NCBI GenBank assembly: GCA_026025795.1
Contig: JAPEUG010000052.1
Coordinates: 1-64,000 of the forward strand
Length of the DNA stretch: 64,000 nucleotides
From: Thelocarpon superellum
Lineage: Eukaryota
Reading direction: 5' to 3'
Shown: positions 25,180 to 36,050 of the stretch, one piece after another
How positions within the stretch are numbered: the first letter of the stretch is position 1
How the letters are laid out: each line of letters starts with the position of its first letter
Made by a program: the position numbers and the translations under genes
The notes under the pieces: model-generated
The model's database searches: none
What the model was told of the DNA's origin: nothing
What the model saw: only the letters and a program-made list of their open reading frames with translations

Positions 25180-25744
25180 CTCTGAAGATTATCCTGGACA
25201 CTGACAGAGGACAACAGTGGTGGGACTGGTGTTCCTGGGTCCGACAATCGCTGAGACATGGCAGGGCTCCAGGACACGCCAGGTGCAGCAGCGAGTGGAC
25301 TGGTGAGCGTGAGCAGGAGGATGAATGAGCTGGTCTATCTTGTTGCAGTGACCTGACAATCAAGAGAGAGGGATTCACACCCTTCAATGATGCGTGCATG
25401 TTGACTACTGGTGCTGTTATTGTCTAGTCGAGTCCACCAGTGGGTACAGCAAGGATTTGCCCCTTGAACCCCTTTTCTCTCTGCTCATTCCGCCCTCACG
25501 ACGCGGCACCTGATACCATCACTGATGTTGCAGGGTATATCGGACCGACGCTCCTGCTTCTGCGGGTGCCGCGGCTGCCCCCCGTGCATCATTCATGGGA
25601 GATTAGAGAGCAGAAGAGATGGGACGTTGTGGACAGACATGAGAGATGCATTGCCGTTGGACCAGACTAGACTGCTACTGCTATCACGACCAAACGTGAG
25701 ATGGCGACGGTGTGCCTGCGTGTCCTTCTCGCCCCATCCTGGCC

Positions 25745-25935
25745 TGGCCTGTCCTGTCCTGTCAGCTCCACGTCATTCCTCACTCCTGTTCCGGTCCATG
25801 TGCCTGGCCATGTCCCTTTCCGTCCCGTCCTGTCCTGTCCTGTCCTGTCAGCTCCACGTCATTCCTCACTCCTGTTCCGGTCCATGTGCCTGGCCATGTC
25901 CCTTTCCGTCCCGTCCTGTCCCGTCCATGCTGGCC
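25745..25935. repeat. About 86-bp tandem duplication downstream of SLU7
   Basis: CAGCTCCACGTCATTCCTCACTCCTGTTCCGGTCCATGTG... occurs at 25763 and 25849. Confidence 0.8.
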
Positions 25936-25961
25936 ATGCCTTGCCGTTCCGCCCCGTCGGC

Positions 25962-27641
25962 CTAATCCTCGCCCACGTATCCCGCCATGGGATCGTCCAC
26001 CATGGCGCGCTTGCGCCGGTACTCGTCCAGCTCTGCCTCCGTCACGCCGCCCGTCATCTCGCGCCTGCTGCGCTTGCCGGCGGGGCCGGCGGCGGCGGCG
26101 GGTCCGTCGCGGGACTTCATCTTGCCCGTGTCCTTGCCCGTGTCCTTGCCCGTGTCCTTGCCCGTGTCCTTGCCCGTGTCCTTGCCCGTGTCCTTGCCCG
26201 TGTCCTTGCCCGTGTGCTCTCGCGCGTCCGCGCCGGGGGCGGCGGCACCACGCATCGGCATCGCCGTCGCGGTCGCGTCGTCGTTGCCCACCAGCCCGGC
26301 GTGGTGCGGGGAGAGACCAAACAGGACCATGTGCTGCGCCGCGGCGATGGCGCGCGACTCGTCCGGCGTCACGAGGGCGGCGGCGCGCGTGTCGTCGGCA
26401 AAGGCGCGGCGGCCGGCGTCGCCGGTGCAGTAGCTGTTCTTGACCGTGGAGCAGCAGCAGGCGTAGCCCCAGTAGAAGTCGTGCCAGAAGCTGCCCCACA
26501 CCGACGTGTGGTTGTTGGGGTACTGGTCCTCGTCGTAGATGGACTTGGTCGACGCGGACGACGCGGGCGCGGGCCCCTTGACCCGGCCGTGGTCGTCGTA
26601 CTCGACGAAGCGCTCGCCCTCGAGCACGATGGGGTGGCGCATCACGGTCGGCCGGTCCTCCTCCGTGCCGCCGTAGTGCTGCAGCAGGTACTGCCGGCGC
26701 TGGTCGAGGGCGTGGGCGCGCGCCTGCTCCTCCTGCTGGAACAGGCGGTTGGTGCGGGTCGGGTTGGCTTGCAGGTGCTGCTGGGCGCCCGTCGCGCGCT
26801 CCTGCGACTGGAAGGCGGCGCGGTTGGCGCGCTCAAAGGCCAGGGTGTCGCCGGCCTGGCGCTCGGCCTTCTCCTCCTGCACCAGCGCGGCGACGTGGTC
26901 GTCGACCGCGCCGGCGTCGACCATCGCGCGCGACTTGGGGTCGTAGCGCGCCGACTCGAGGTCCAGGTTCAGCAGGTACTTGGCCGTGTCCTCGCGCTGG
27001 CGCAGGTTCTTGGTGCCCTTGGCGATCTCGGGCGCGGCAATGTCCTCCTCCGTGTACCGCGCCGACGCCTTGGCCGCCTGCTCGGCCGCCTCGGCGGGCG
27101 TCAGGTGCGGGAGCCGCTCGTCCAGGTCGCCCGCGCCCTCGCCGTCGGCGCGCGCCGTCTGCGCCGTGCGGAGGCGCTCGAGCTCCTGCATCTCCTTGGA
27201 CAGCGCGTCCCAGTCCTTCTGGTCCCAGCCGTTGTAGCGGTCGCGCTTGGCGTCCCAGCCGAGGTCGACGTGCTTGACCACCTCGTCCTGCTGGATGTCC
27301 TGCCCCGTGAAGCGCGCGCCCGCCTTGCGCGGCCGGCTCAGGCAGTCCTTGGCCGTGTGCGTCAGCGCGCCGCAGTTCTCGCACGCGCCCTTGCGGTACT
27401 TGGTCGCCGCCGGCCCGACCTTGGCCCCGCGCGCGTACCAGTCGTGCCCGTCGTCGGCCGGCTTCTGCAGGCGCTGGTGCTCGAGGTAGTCGCTGGACCC
27501 GGCCGCGGCGGCGTCGACGTCGTCGGTGACGTAGAAGGGCTTCTTGGAGATGAAGGCCGGGATGAACTCGTTGGGTTCCTTGGGCGCCGCCGTCGCCGTC
27601 GCCACCTCGGCCGACGGGCCCTTGCTCCGCTTCGGGTCCAT
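25962..27641 (-). CDS. SLU7: Pre-mRNA splicing factor Slu7
   Basis: NEFIPAFISKKPFY, DYLEHQRL, zinc knuckle GACENCGALTHTAKDCLSRPRK, WDAKRDRYNG, NLRQREDTAKYL, YDPKSRAM, NHTSVWGSFW and WGYACC. ATG 27641; intronless. Confidence 0.95.
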   Translation of the reverse strand: MDPKRSKGPSAEVATATAAPKEPNEFIPAFISKKPFYVTDDVDAAAAGSSDYLEHQRLQKPADDGHDWYARGAKVGPAATKYRKGACENCGALTHTAKDCLSRPRKAGARFTGQDIQQDEVVKHVDLGWDAKRDRYNGWDQKDWDALSKEMQELERLRTAQTARADGEGAGDLDERLPHLTPAEAAEQAAKASARYTEEDIAAPEIAKGTKNLRQREDTAKYLLNLDLESARYDPKSRAMVDAGAVDDHVAALVQEEKAERQAGDTLAFERANRAAFQSQERATGAQQHLQANPTRTNRLFQQEEQARAHALDQRRQYLLQHYGGTEEDRPTVMRHPIVLEGERFVEYDDHGRVKGPAPASSASTKSIYDEDQYPNNHTSVWGSFWHDFYWGYACCCSTVKNSYCTGDAGRRAFADDTRAAALVTPDESRAIAAAQHMVLFGLSPHHAGLVGNDDATATAMPMRGAAAPGADAREHTGKDTGKDTGKDTGKDTGKDTGKDTGKDTGKMKSRDGPAAAAGPAGKRSRREMTGGVTEAELDEYRRKRAMVDDPMAGYVGED

Positions 27642-28008
27642 GGCGTCTCGTGCGCGCGGCAGCGTGGGAGGGAGAGGGGAGGGCAAGTGTACGGCACGCG
27701 CAGAGGGTGTCTGGGGCGGAGCTGATGGCGTTGAGGCACTGTCGAGCTGTTGCGCGGCCTCTCCGCCCGTCGACGAGGGAGACGCCCACGTATGAATAGA
27801 CGTCCCCTCGGCCCCGCGGCCCCTCGGAGGACGGATCAACGGACGGTGCGCCGGGACGTGGCGAGCGGGGGACCAGGGTCACGGTCGCGTCGAGGGATCT
27901 TGCTCGTCGACGCGGGTTGCTTGTCTGGTCGAGGTGAAGGTCGAGGGGAAGGTCGAGGTCGAGGTCGAGGTGGCGTCTCGGTAGCGTCGTCGCCCCCTCG
28001 ACCCGATT

Positions 28009-28080
28009 CCCCGTCCCCGTCCCCGTCCCCGTCCCCGTCCCCGTCCCCGTCCCCGTCCCCGTCCCCGTCCCCGTCCCCGT
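28009..28080. repeat. (CCCCGT)12 microsatellite
   Basis: Twelve perfect hexamers between the REV3 stop and the SLU7 start. Confidence 0.95.
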
Positions 28081-28283
28081 CCGTGGCCCCGCTCCTACGA
28101 CGACTACCATATGACTACACCTCCGTACACGTCCACGTACGCATGCAAGAGCCGGCCGAGTCGAAAGCGATTGCCACCGGACACGCTCGAGCTACATCAC
28201 ATTGCGCCGCGGTCGTCGCACCGGCCCCCACCTGACCCGTCGCAGCGGCCATCCCGGCCTCCCAACGCCTCCACCACGCCCTC

Positions 28284-31200
28284 CTACCAGTCGTAGAGGC
28301 CGTCGTTCATGCCGTCCAACAGCTCCAGCACCGCATCGGTGCTGGCGTGCAGGTACTCGCGCCGCGCCCGTTGGCGCGTGCGGGTGTAGAAGACAGGGCA
28401 GTCCAGACTGTCGCAGCGCACTTCCTCGGCGAAGGCGAGCCCAGCGCATGAGCGGCACACCTGCTCCACCGCCCGCTCGCGCCGCGCCGCCGCCGTGAGG
28501 CGCTGCTGCAGCACCGCCGACGTGCGGTCGGCTTGCTCGAGGCAGGCCGCGCACACGGGCACGTCCGAGGCCACCGTCGTGCGGCACAGCAGGCAGCGCG
28601 ACGAGCGGAGATAGGCCTCGAGCGTGCGCTGCGGCCCGGCCGGGCCGGGGCCCCCGCCCGTGCGGCGCGGGCGGGCGACGGCGCGGAGGCGCTGCTCCTT
28701 GGGCATCTCGTCGTACCACCGGCGCACGTTGGCCCCGACCAGGTTGAAGATGCGCTCCAGCGGCGGGAGCAGGTGCTTGGTGATGTAGTACTCCGCGTCC
28801 AGCTCGTGCTCCATCTGCCCCAGCAGCGTCGACGGCGCCACGCACCGGTCCATCAGCCGGGCGCCGGGCGCGCCGGTGATGACGACGTACGGCACGCGCT
28901 CGCCGTACTGCGGCTCGGCGCGCGGGTCGTGCAACATGCGCCGCGTGCTGATCAGCGCCCCCGGCGGCGGCACCGCCCGCTCGCTGTACGTGCCCAGGCG
29001 GACTTCCTTAGCGAAGCAGAAGTCCTGGACCGACACCTGCCCGCGCAGGATGCGCCGGCACTGCCGCTGCACGTACCGCTTGACCTGGCTGAGGTCGGCG
29101 GTGCGGAACAGGATCTTGAGCGTGGCCTCCTCCATCTTCTGCGCCGCCGGCGTGCCGTCGCGCCGCACCGTCTCGATGCCCTTGGCGTCAAAGGTGGGCA
29201 CCGCCTGCCCCGCGCTCTCGTACTTGAAGCCGACGTAGCGCTTCTTGGCCAGCAGCACGCACGGCAGGTACACCTTCTCGAACTTGAGCTTGACCGGCCG
29301 CGGGTTGGCCGCCGTCACCGCCCGCGCCATGTCCTGGCCCAGCTGAAAGGCCTCGGCGCGACTGCGGCCGGGGAGCACGATGAACAGGCTGTCCGTGTCG
29401 CCGTACACCACCTCCGCCCCCCACCCGCGCTCGCCGTGGATGAGGGCGATGGCCCGCTCCAGCGTCTCGCGCGCCGTCTGCACGATGCTGTCGGCAATCT
29501 CGGCGCACGGCAGGCGGCCAGAGAAGGAGGCCGAGGTGTAGCCGTAGGTGACGTTGGCAATCAGCTTCAACGCCAGCTGTCGGTGGTTGAGCAGCCGCTG
29601 CAGCGGCCCGTCCGCGCGGTCCTGCTTCATCCCGCTCTTGACCATGACGCGCGTCTCGAGGATCTCGCCCAGCATCTTGGCCAGCAGCGACTTGCGGATC
29701 GCCGGCCGCACGTACATCATCCCGTTGGGCGCGATGGTGATGTGCGCGCGCAGCAGCTCGAGCAGGCGTCGGCGCCGCGCGTACTCGGCGAAGCCCATCT
29801 TGTTCGCGCCCCGCCACGGCACGAGCCGGCCGAGGAAGGTGGAGTAGCAGTAGTTGTACGCGATCATGATGCTGGGGTAGAGCGACTGGAAGTCCAGCAC
29901 CACCACCGGGCTGGTGTAGAAGTCGCTGCGCGGCTCCATCACCAGCGGCAGGCACTCCAGCGCGTTCTGCCGCCCCACCTGCTGCCGGCTGGGCGACACC
30001 AGCACCAGGCTCTCGGCCTTGGCGAGGCGGAACATCAGCGACTCCACCTTGAACTGCGACCCGCGCGCCATGACGGAGTAGAAGTCGACGCCCAAGAGCC
30101 GGGCCTGCTCGCTCGTGCGCGCGATGAGCTCGTTGCGCTCCAGGATGGCCAGGTCCAGCTGCACGCGACGCACAAAGTACTCCCACACGCGCGCCCGGTC
30201 GCGCGCCCGCGCGCTCTGGTACCAGCGCGTCAGGTCGCGGGCGGCGTAGTGCGGGATGCGCTGGCGCAGCACCTGCACCACCACGTTCTCCATCGTGTAC
30301 TGCCGCAGGTTCAGCTCGCCGCGCATCGCGCGCCAGATGTTGATCATGTGCCGCCCCGTCACCCGGATGGTCGACGTGTGGTTGAAGCCCCAGCGGTCCT
30401 GCTCCTTGCCGAAGCGGCCGTGCGACTGCGCCTTCATCCGCGAGAACTCGTCGCACAGGTTGACGTCGTACTGCGCGCGCGCCCGCTCGATCAGGTAGCC
30501 CCACGACGCATCGTGCACCTCGTACCCCGTCAGGATGTCCGGGTCGTGCCGGCGCACGACGTCAATCACGCGCTGGAAGAGGTCCAGTTCCGTGGCCTCC
30601 CACGCCACCGGCACCTCCCCGTGCTGCGACCTGCCCCGGGCCTCGTGCCCGTCCCCGGCCTCCAGCGCGATGATGCCGATTTGGGGCGCGACCGGCCGGC
30701 CCAGCCGATCCAGCTCGCCGTCGTCGGCCTGCAGACACCAGAAGACGCAGGCCACGGGGTCGTGGTCGGGGTTGGGCCGCAGGTCGCCGCGCGTGTTGAC
30801 GTGCACCTCGAGGCTCATGACGCTCATGTACTGCACCTCGTGTTGCACGCTGGTCCGCCCGTCCCCTGCCGACCCGGGGAGACCGTGTGGGCGCGCTTGC
30901 GTCGGCCCGTCCATCTGCGACGCGCCACGGTCCGCGGCCGGGAGCGGCTCGTCTTGCGCGTCGTCCGCCGCCGCCGCCGCCGTCGTGCCCACACTGATCT
31001 GGTCCTGCCGACGGCACCACTCCTCGACCTCACGGTAGGTGGGCGGCATGGCGGCCATCTCCCAGCCGCGCAGCGTGCACTCCCGCCGCCGCCGGCGCAC
31101 GGCCTGCGCATCGTCCTTGCGCTGGCGCGCCACGCTGGGCCGCGACCGCGGCTGGCCCCGCGCCGTGCCCCAGGCGTCGAAGGGGGGCAGAAAGGGGAGC

Positions 31201-33344
31201 GTGCGACTCTCCAAGCGGAACTCGCGTCCGGCGTAGCTGCGCGGCCGGTCCGGCACATCGCGCTCGTTGCTGTAGTAGGCCTCCTGGTACACGACGGTGG
31301 GCAGGCCGAGGGCGGCAAAGGTCGCGACGACCGCCGCCGACGTCGGCGGCAGTGGCGCGAGGCACCAGACGTCACGGCCGGGAGGAGCACCAAACGCCGC
31401 GGGCAAGGCGGCCGCCACGTCGTGCATCGGGGACGCCACGCCGCTCCCCGTCTCGGCGCTCGACGTGCTCCGGCTGGCCGTGCTCGCCGACGCGTCCTTG
31501 AGCCCCCGGTCCGGCTCGGCCAGATCCCGAGTTCCTGGACGCGCTGGCGCGGACATGCTGCGCTGGCTGGCGCGCAGGACGGTGGTGGGGTCCCGAGGAT
31601 CTTTGACGACGGCAAAGGGCAAGGTCCGCTGACTATGGCTCACGCTCGACGGCGTCGTGGACGGCGCGGCCGGCGCGGCCGGCGCGGCCGGCGTCGCGGC
31701 CCTCGTCTCGTCGCGTGCCCCCGCGGTCGGGTCGGGAAACATCCGTCGCGGGGACGCCACTTCCGCCGGCAGTCCGGGAAGAAACAGGGGAGGGTCCGCC
31801 ACCTGGCGCTGACGATAGTACTCCGGTGGCGCCGTCGGCGCTTGGTCGCGAAAGATGCGGCGCTTCTTCGGCCGGCGCGACGTGGCGGCGGCATCGGCCG
31901 ACATGGCGGCCGGGGCGAGCTCACTCGTAAAGGGGATGGGGATCTCAAAGACGTCGACCGCGTCGGCCGCGCGCTCCGTGACGGCGCGGATCCCCAAGTC
32001 CGCCAGCTGGCTCGCGCTGGCCGGGCTGAAGGCGGCGGCGTCATGCGGCCCGTCGGCGACGTCGCCGTCGCCACGCGAGGACCGGGTCGATTGCCGGGCA
32101 ATCTCGTCGTCGGACTCGTCCTCGGAGAGCTCGTCCCCGACGCGAGCGATGCGCGACTCGTCCACCTCGATCGCCCGGGCCGCGTCCGCGCCACGACTGT
32201 CCTCGGTGCTCCCCGAGGCCTCCGACGGGGCCGCACAGTGGGCGGGATAGAGATCCTCGACGCTCTCAAAGGTCGTGCGGATGCGGTGCGCCGTGGCGGG
32301 CGGGACGACGAAGCCCTCAAACGACAGCGGGGCCTCCTCCCGCTCGGCCACGACGAGCTCGGCCAGGCGCGCGCGGAACTCGGGCTCGTGGAGCCAGCCG
32401 GCGGCTGGCGACGCGCGCTCGTCCGCCGACATGGACACCAGCACCTCGGGGGGGAAGGGGCTGCTGTCGGGGTCGACCGGGGACATCTTGGCCTTGCGCC
32501 GCCGCGTCTCGTCGCGCCACAGGCCGGCCATGCTGGGCACCAGCTTGGCCTCGCGCGACCACGGATGGGCCCGCTCGACGAAGTCGTGGTGCAGCGCCCG
32601 CGGCTGGATCTCGTGCCGGTTGAGGATGTCGTGCACGCACAGATCCACCTCGAGCGCGCAGTGGCTCTGGCGCGGGACCCCGTGCGCGGCCATCTGCCCG
32701 GGCCGGATGGCGCGGTCGTGCCAGCGGTGGTGCGCGCTCGCCAGCTCCTCGTGCCGCGGCACGGGCTGGCGGAAGCGCACGTCGCGGCAGTCGAGATAGG
32801 CGCAGCCGTACAGGTTGTAGTCGCACATCCACTGCAGCAGATACTGGAGGTGGCTCTCGTACGGCTGGAAGACGCGGTTCATGACGGTGCCTTGTCGCAG
32901 CACATCCGCCATCCGCGTGACGTGGGCCGGGTCCAGCAGGTAGATCTTCAGGAAGCAGCGGTAGCCGACGTGGAAGCCGTAGAAGGGCACGCCCTTGACC
33001 AGCGTGACGCGCGCCACGAAGTGGTGGGGGCCGTGCTGCGGCTGGCGCCGGAAGCTCACGGCGAGGGCATGGTCGATGGAGAGCTGCAGCCGATGGCAGT
33101 ACACGTCGACGTCGTCCGGCGCCAGGCTGCCGTCGTATTCGACGTAGACGTAGGGCAGGGCGCCGTGGATGTGCGCGCACACCTTTTGTCCCGTCGGCGT
33201 CGCGCCAAAGACGCGGATGACGGGGACGCGCGGGCGCGAGCGGAGCGGTGACGGGCCATCGCGCGCGGGAACGAGGGGATCCAGCGGCGTGGGGAGGGCC
33301 TGGTAGTGGTCGACGCAGTTGAGGCGCACGCGGAACGGGTCCAT
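28284..33344 (-). CDS. REV3: DNA polymerase zeta catalytic subunit (B-family)
   Basis: ATG 33344 MDPFRVRLNCVDHYQ; SLEVHVNTRG, RGSQFKVESLM, VLDFQSLYPS, QLALKLIANVTYGY, YGDTDSLF, KGIETVRRD, and C-terminal CysA/CysB motifs. Intronless, about 1686 aa. Confidence 0.96.
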   Translation of the reverse strand: MDPFRVRLNCVDHYQALPTPLDPLVPARDGPSPLRSRPRVPVIRVFGATPTGQKVCAHIHGALPYVYVEYDGSLAPDDVDVYCHRLQLSIDHALAVSFRRQPQHGPHHFVARVTLVKGVPFYGFHVGYRCFLKIYLLDPAHVTRMADVLRQGTVMNRVFQPYESHLQYLLQWMCDYNLYGCAYLDCRDVRFRQPVPRHEELASAHHRWHDRAIRPGQMAAHGVPRQSHCALEVDLCVHDILNRHEIQPRALHHDFVERAHPWSREAKLVPSMAGLWRDETRRRKAKMSPVDPDSSPFPPEVLVSMSADERASPAAGWLHEPEFRARLAELVVAEREEAPLSFEGFVVPPATAHRIRTTFESVEDLYPAHCAAPSEASGSTEDSRGADAARAIEVDESRIARVGDELSEDESDDEIARQSTRSSRGDGDVADGPHDAAAFSPASASQLADLGIRAVTERAADAVDVFEIPIPFTSELAPAAMSADAAATSRRPKKRRIFRDQAPTAPPEYYRQRQVADPPLFLPGLPAEVASPRRMFPDPTAGARDETRAATPAAPAAPAAPSTTPSSVSHSQRTLPFAVVKDPRDPTTVLRASQRSMSAPARPGTRDLAEPDRGLKDASASTASRSTSSAETGSGVASPMHDVAAALPAAFGAPPGRDVWCLAPLPPTSAAVVATFAALGLPTVVYQEAYYSNERDVPDRPRSYAGREFRLESRTLPFLPPFDAWGTARGQPRSRPSVARQRKDDAQAVRRRRRECTLRGWEMAAMPPTYREVEEWCRRQDQISVGTTAAAAADDAQDEPLPAADRGASQMDGPTQARPHGLPGSAGDGRTSVQHEVQYMSVMSLEVHVNTRGDLRPNPDHDPVACVFWCLQADDGELDRLGRPVAPQIGIIALEAGDGHEARGRSQHGEVPVAWEATELDLFQRVIDVVRRHDPDILTGYEVHDASWGYLIERARAQYDVNLCDEFSRMKAQSHGRFGKEQDRWGFNHTSTIRVTGRHMINIWRAMRGELNLRQYTMENVVVQVLRQRIPHYAARDLTRWYQSARARDRARVWEYFVRRVQLDLAILERNELIARTSEQARLLGVDFYSVMARGSQFKVESLMFRLAKAESLVLVSPSRQQVGRQNALECLPLVMEPRSDFYTSPVVVLDFQSLYPSIMIAYNYCYSTFLGRLVPWRGANKMGFAEYARRRRLLELLRAHITIAPNGMMYVRPAIRKSLLAKMLGEILETRVMVKSGMKQDRADGPLQRLLNHRQLALKLIANVTYGYTSASFSGRLPCAEIADSIVQTARETLERAIALIHGERGWGAEVVYGDTDSLFIVLPGRSRAEAFQLGQDMARAVTAANPRPVKLKFEKVYLPCVLLAKKRYVGFKYESAGQAVPTFDAKGIETVRRDGTPAAQKMEEATLKILFRTADLSQVKRYVQRQCRRILRGQVSVQDFCFAKEVRLGTYSERAVPPPGALISTRRMLHDPRAEPQYGERVPYVVITGAPGARLMDRCVAPSTLLGQMEHELDAEYYITKHLLPPLERIFNLVGANVRRWYDEMPKEQRLRAVARPRRTGGGPGPAGPQRTLEAYLRSSRCLLCRTTVASDVPVCAACLEQADRTSAVLQQRLTAAARRERAVEQVCRSCAGLAFAEEVRCDSLDCPVFYTRTRQRARREYLHASTDAVLELLDGMNDGLYDW

Positions 33345-33789
33345 CTTGCGCCGCGGCGGGAAGGATCGGGCGTAGTCCGGCCGCACTGGCTCGCTGTCAT
33401 CGTGAGCGCGTCGGGCAGCTTGCGCGCATGACCGAGGTGGGATGCTTGTGCCCCTCTCTCGTTGACTGGCGATCGTACCCGCGGGTGGGGTGGAGCGGTC
33501 AACAAAGCTCGACTGATTCGGTGGGCGCTGCGCCGACGCGTCCGAGCGTCTCCCGCTGCCGGGTGCCAGGGAGCAACAGGCCGCGACGGGCGCAACGGTG
33601 CAAGTCGAATCGCAACGCAAGCCGTCGGATGGGCGGAGTGGCGTTGGCGTGGATGGTGAGGTGAGAGTGGGGGTCGGGGTCGAGGTCAGGCTTGGGTCGA
33701 TGCGCGACGCGGGCGCATCCGTCGCGCGTTGCCGGTCTCGCGGGTCACGTGGGCCGCCACGAGCCAACGACGTCGTTGATGGATGTGAT

Positions 33790-33859
33790 GGATGACATAC
33801 TCACCAACGGATGACATAATCACTAATGGATGACATAATCACTAGTGGATGACATAATC
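33790..33859. repeat. 19-bp tandem repeat, about 3.7 copies (GGATGACATAATCACTAAT), upstream of REV3
   Basis: Units start at 33790, 33809, 33828 and 33847. Confidence 0.85.
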
Positions 33860-34489
33860 GACGCGTGGTCGCCGGGGGTGGGTCGCCATGGCATGACCAA
33901 CGGAGAAGTACGGCTCGTGTCATCCGGCACCACCGAAGCCAGCCATGGGGTCATGTGACCTGGCGAACCGCGTCCGGCTGGACGGATCTCTACGCGTTCT
34001 AGCGTGGTCGGCTCTCGACCGGACCCGTTTCTCCAACTCCGTCGCGGTTCCTATGAGCGGCCGGCCGGTGCGGAAGCTCCCGCCCGGGATCCGCGCCGAG
34101 CACCTGCAGGGCGGTGGGACCAGTGGCATCGTGGCCCGGTGGCCCGGCCGACGGTCATCAAAGTCCCACATGGCGAGCTGGAGGACGTGGTGCGAGGTCG
34201 CCTCGACGGCGATGTCGACGAGAGCTTCCAGCGTGCCACGAAACGACCGTCGGCGCTGCTCCAGTCTCGTATGGCGGCTTACCGATGAGAACTCCCCCCT
34301 CGGGCCCGTGGCCAACAGCGCCCTGACCAGCGACATGCTCCGTCCGTGGGTCGATGCGCGACGCGACCACGCAGCAGACGCGGCCGTTTCGACCGTCATA
34401 TGGCCGACCTGAATGGTATTTGGAGGCACCCAGTCTACTCTAGATGTCTACGCTGAAAGCAGGGAGCGCACTCTCGACCATCTACTCTG

Positions 34490-34652
34490 TAAATGGGGGA
34501 GGCCTCGTTTGCTGTGCTCAGTATATGGAGGAGACCTCGTTCGTTGGGCCTAGTAAATGGGGGCCCTCCGTCAGCCGGGCTCGGTAAATGGGGAGGCCCC
34601 GTGAGACCGGCTCAATCAACGGGGGAGCTCCCGTTCGCGGGCTCAGTAAATG
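34490..34652. repeat. Degenerate about 32-bp tandem repeat (GTAAATGGGG...CCCGT)
   Basis: About five diverged units; a similar stretch occurs near 51310-51375. Confidence 0.5.
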
Positions 34653-34887
34653 GTACTGGTCGCCCATTGTGATGAGAAGCCAGAATTTGCAGGACTGGGT
34701 GAAGCAGAGATCCTCACACTCCAGGGTCAGGATTGCATCCCAGAGGGTCGGGTTGATTTCCAGCCCATCCATGCATGCACGCCAGTCATCAGACTCGGTG
34801 CAGGCATCCTCGACGTAATACTAGGTCAAGTGGAATTGTGCCACAGGAGCCGCCGTTGGCCGGCCAGTGCTGCGGTCCTTCCCGTAC

Positions 34888-35021
34888 GGACGCACCCGAA
34901 ATATATGCTGAACTGGGTGGTTTTCTCCACGGAAGCTCTCCGTCGTGGTCATATACAGCTGTGGTGGGTCACGTGCAGCGGCTTAGTTCAAAGATTCGAG
35001 CTCCCGTATGGAGCCTCCACA
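34888..35021 (+). mobile_element. Solo LTR-like element, family A (134 bp), 4-bp TSD GTAC
   Basis: GGACGCACCC...CTCCACA (first base differs from the TG of other copies), flanked by GTAC. Homologous to the copies at 49156, 54031 and 57539. Confidence 0.72.
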
Positions 35022-35088
35022 GTACGCTATTCCACGTGACACAACCGCGGCCATGACTCTGTTGGAGGATGACATGACCTACAGCTAC

Positions 35089-35264
35089 TGTCACGGACGT
35101 ACGAGACGTCAGGAGGTTAGCTTATGTCATAGATAGCTTACGTCACAAGATGATGAGAATTACGCGCAACGTGCGTACATTAGATAGCTATATAGGCTCG
35201 ATTCCGAGCGTTAGTCAATAAAACTCACCTCAACACCTCATGACGTTCTGCTATGGGCGTTACA
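35089..35264 (+). mobile_element. Solo LTR, family D (176 bp), 5-bp TSD GCTAC
   Basis: TGTCACG...CGTTACA termini with GCTAC on both sides; internal TATATAG and AATAAA. Confidence 0.8.
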
Positions 35265-36050
35265 GCTACAGCAGCTGATTGCGAGGGGCAGAACAGGAAA
35301 TAGGGCATTAGGGGTTCCCATATGTTTGGTATGGGGACACCCAAGCAGAGTTTTTATAGTTGGCCTTCATACTATCTTCTGCTGCATTCCCAATGCGCAA
35401 CAGACGCGTCTCCGTTGCAAGAACGCGGTGGACCGCCGCTTGGGTCACCTGACCTTGGTGGTTGTGCAGACCCTGAAGAGCAATCAGGAAGGACCCCCTG
35501 CGATCTACTGTTGCAAGATGGTCTATCAAGGAGCCCTCTTCAATGTTTGTAACGCAAGATGGTTGATCACGGAGCGCTCCCACCTGTTTCGCACCACGCC
35601 AGATATTCTGTCAGAGGGTACTCCCGTAGTCAATTCTACAGGGTCTTCCACGATTCCCAAGACAGGTACAAGCGCATCTACGAACGTCCCATGATTTGTC
35701 TGGCGACGAAATGACGAGGAGGGGTCGACGGAGCGAGACCAAGGTACTTGTGCGTGCAGGGCACAGAAAAGCCTGAAGTTGGACCCGATCAAAGGCAGGT
35801 TTCAGATGCCCATGGTTATCGCGCCGGACGCTGTCTCTCATGGTCATGCGTCGTGTTCAACGGCCGCGAGTGGCAGGTCGTGGGCGATGCTATGCGTGCG
35901 ATCAACCAACCAGCCCAGCATAGCGGTCCGGCCCAGGCTCAGACCCGTCGTCGAAGCAAACGCCGCGCAGGCGATGAAGCGCCGGTCAATCGATCCATCC
36001 GTGCGACCTAAACGCCCGTCGTGCATGCACAGGCGCGATGTCGTGCTCTG

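Noticed and set aside
28009..28080. Interstitial telomere
   Set aside because: The unit is CCCCGT, not CCCTAA; treated as a microsatellite.
28533..33251. 1572-aa plus-strand ORF opposite REV3 (likewise long antisense ORFs over SLU7, NVJ2, carB, SLA2 and the ABC gene)
   Set aside because: Antisense shadow caused by extreme GC3 bias; non-ATG start in many cases and no recognisable domains.
33345..33767. N-terminal extension of REV3 in the ORF track (also carB 12359-12427, SLU7 27642-27839, NVJ2 38871-39044, MAT1-1-1 63422-63511)
   Set aside because: These begin at non-ATG codons; conserved sequence starts at the downstream ATG.
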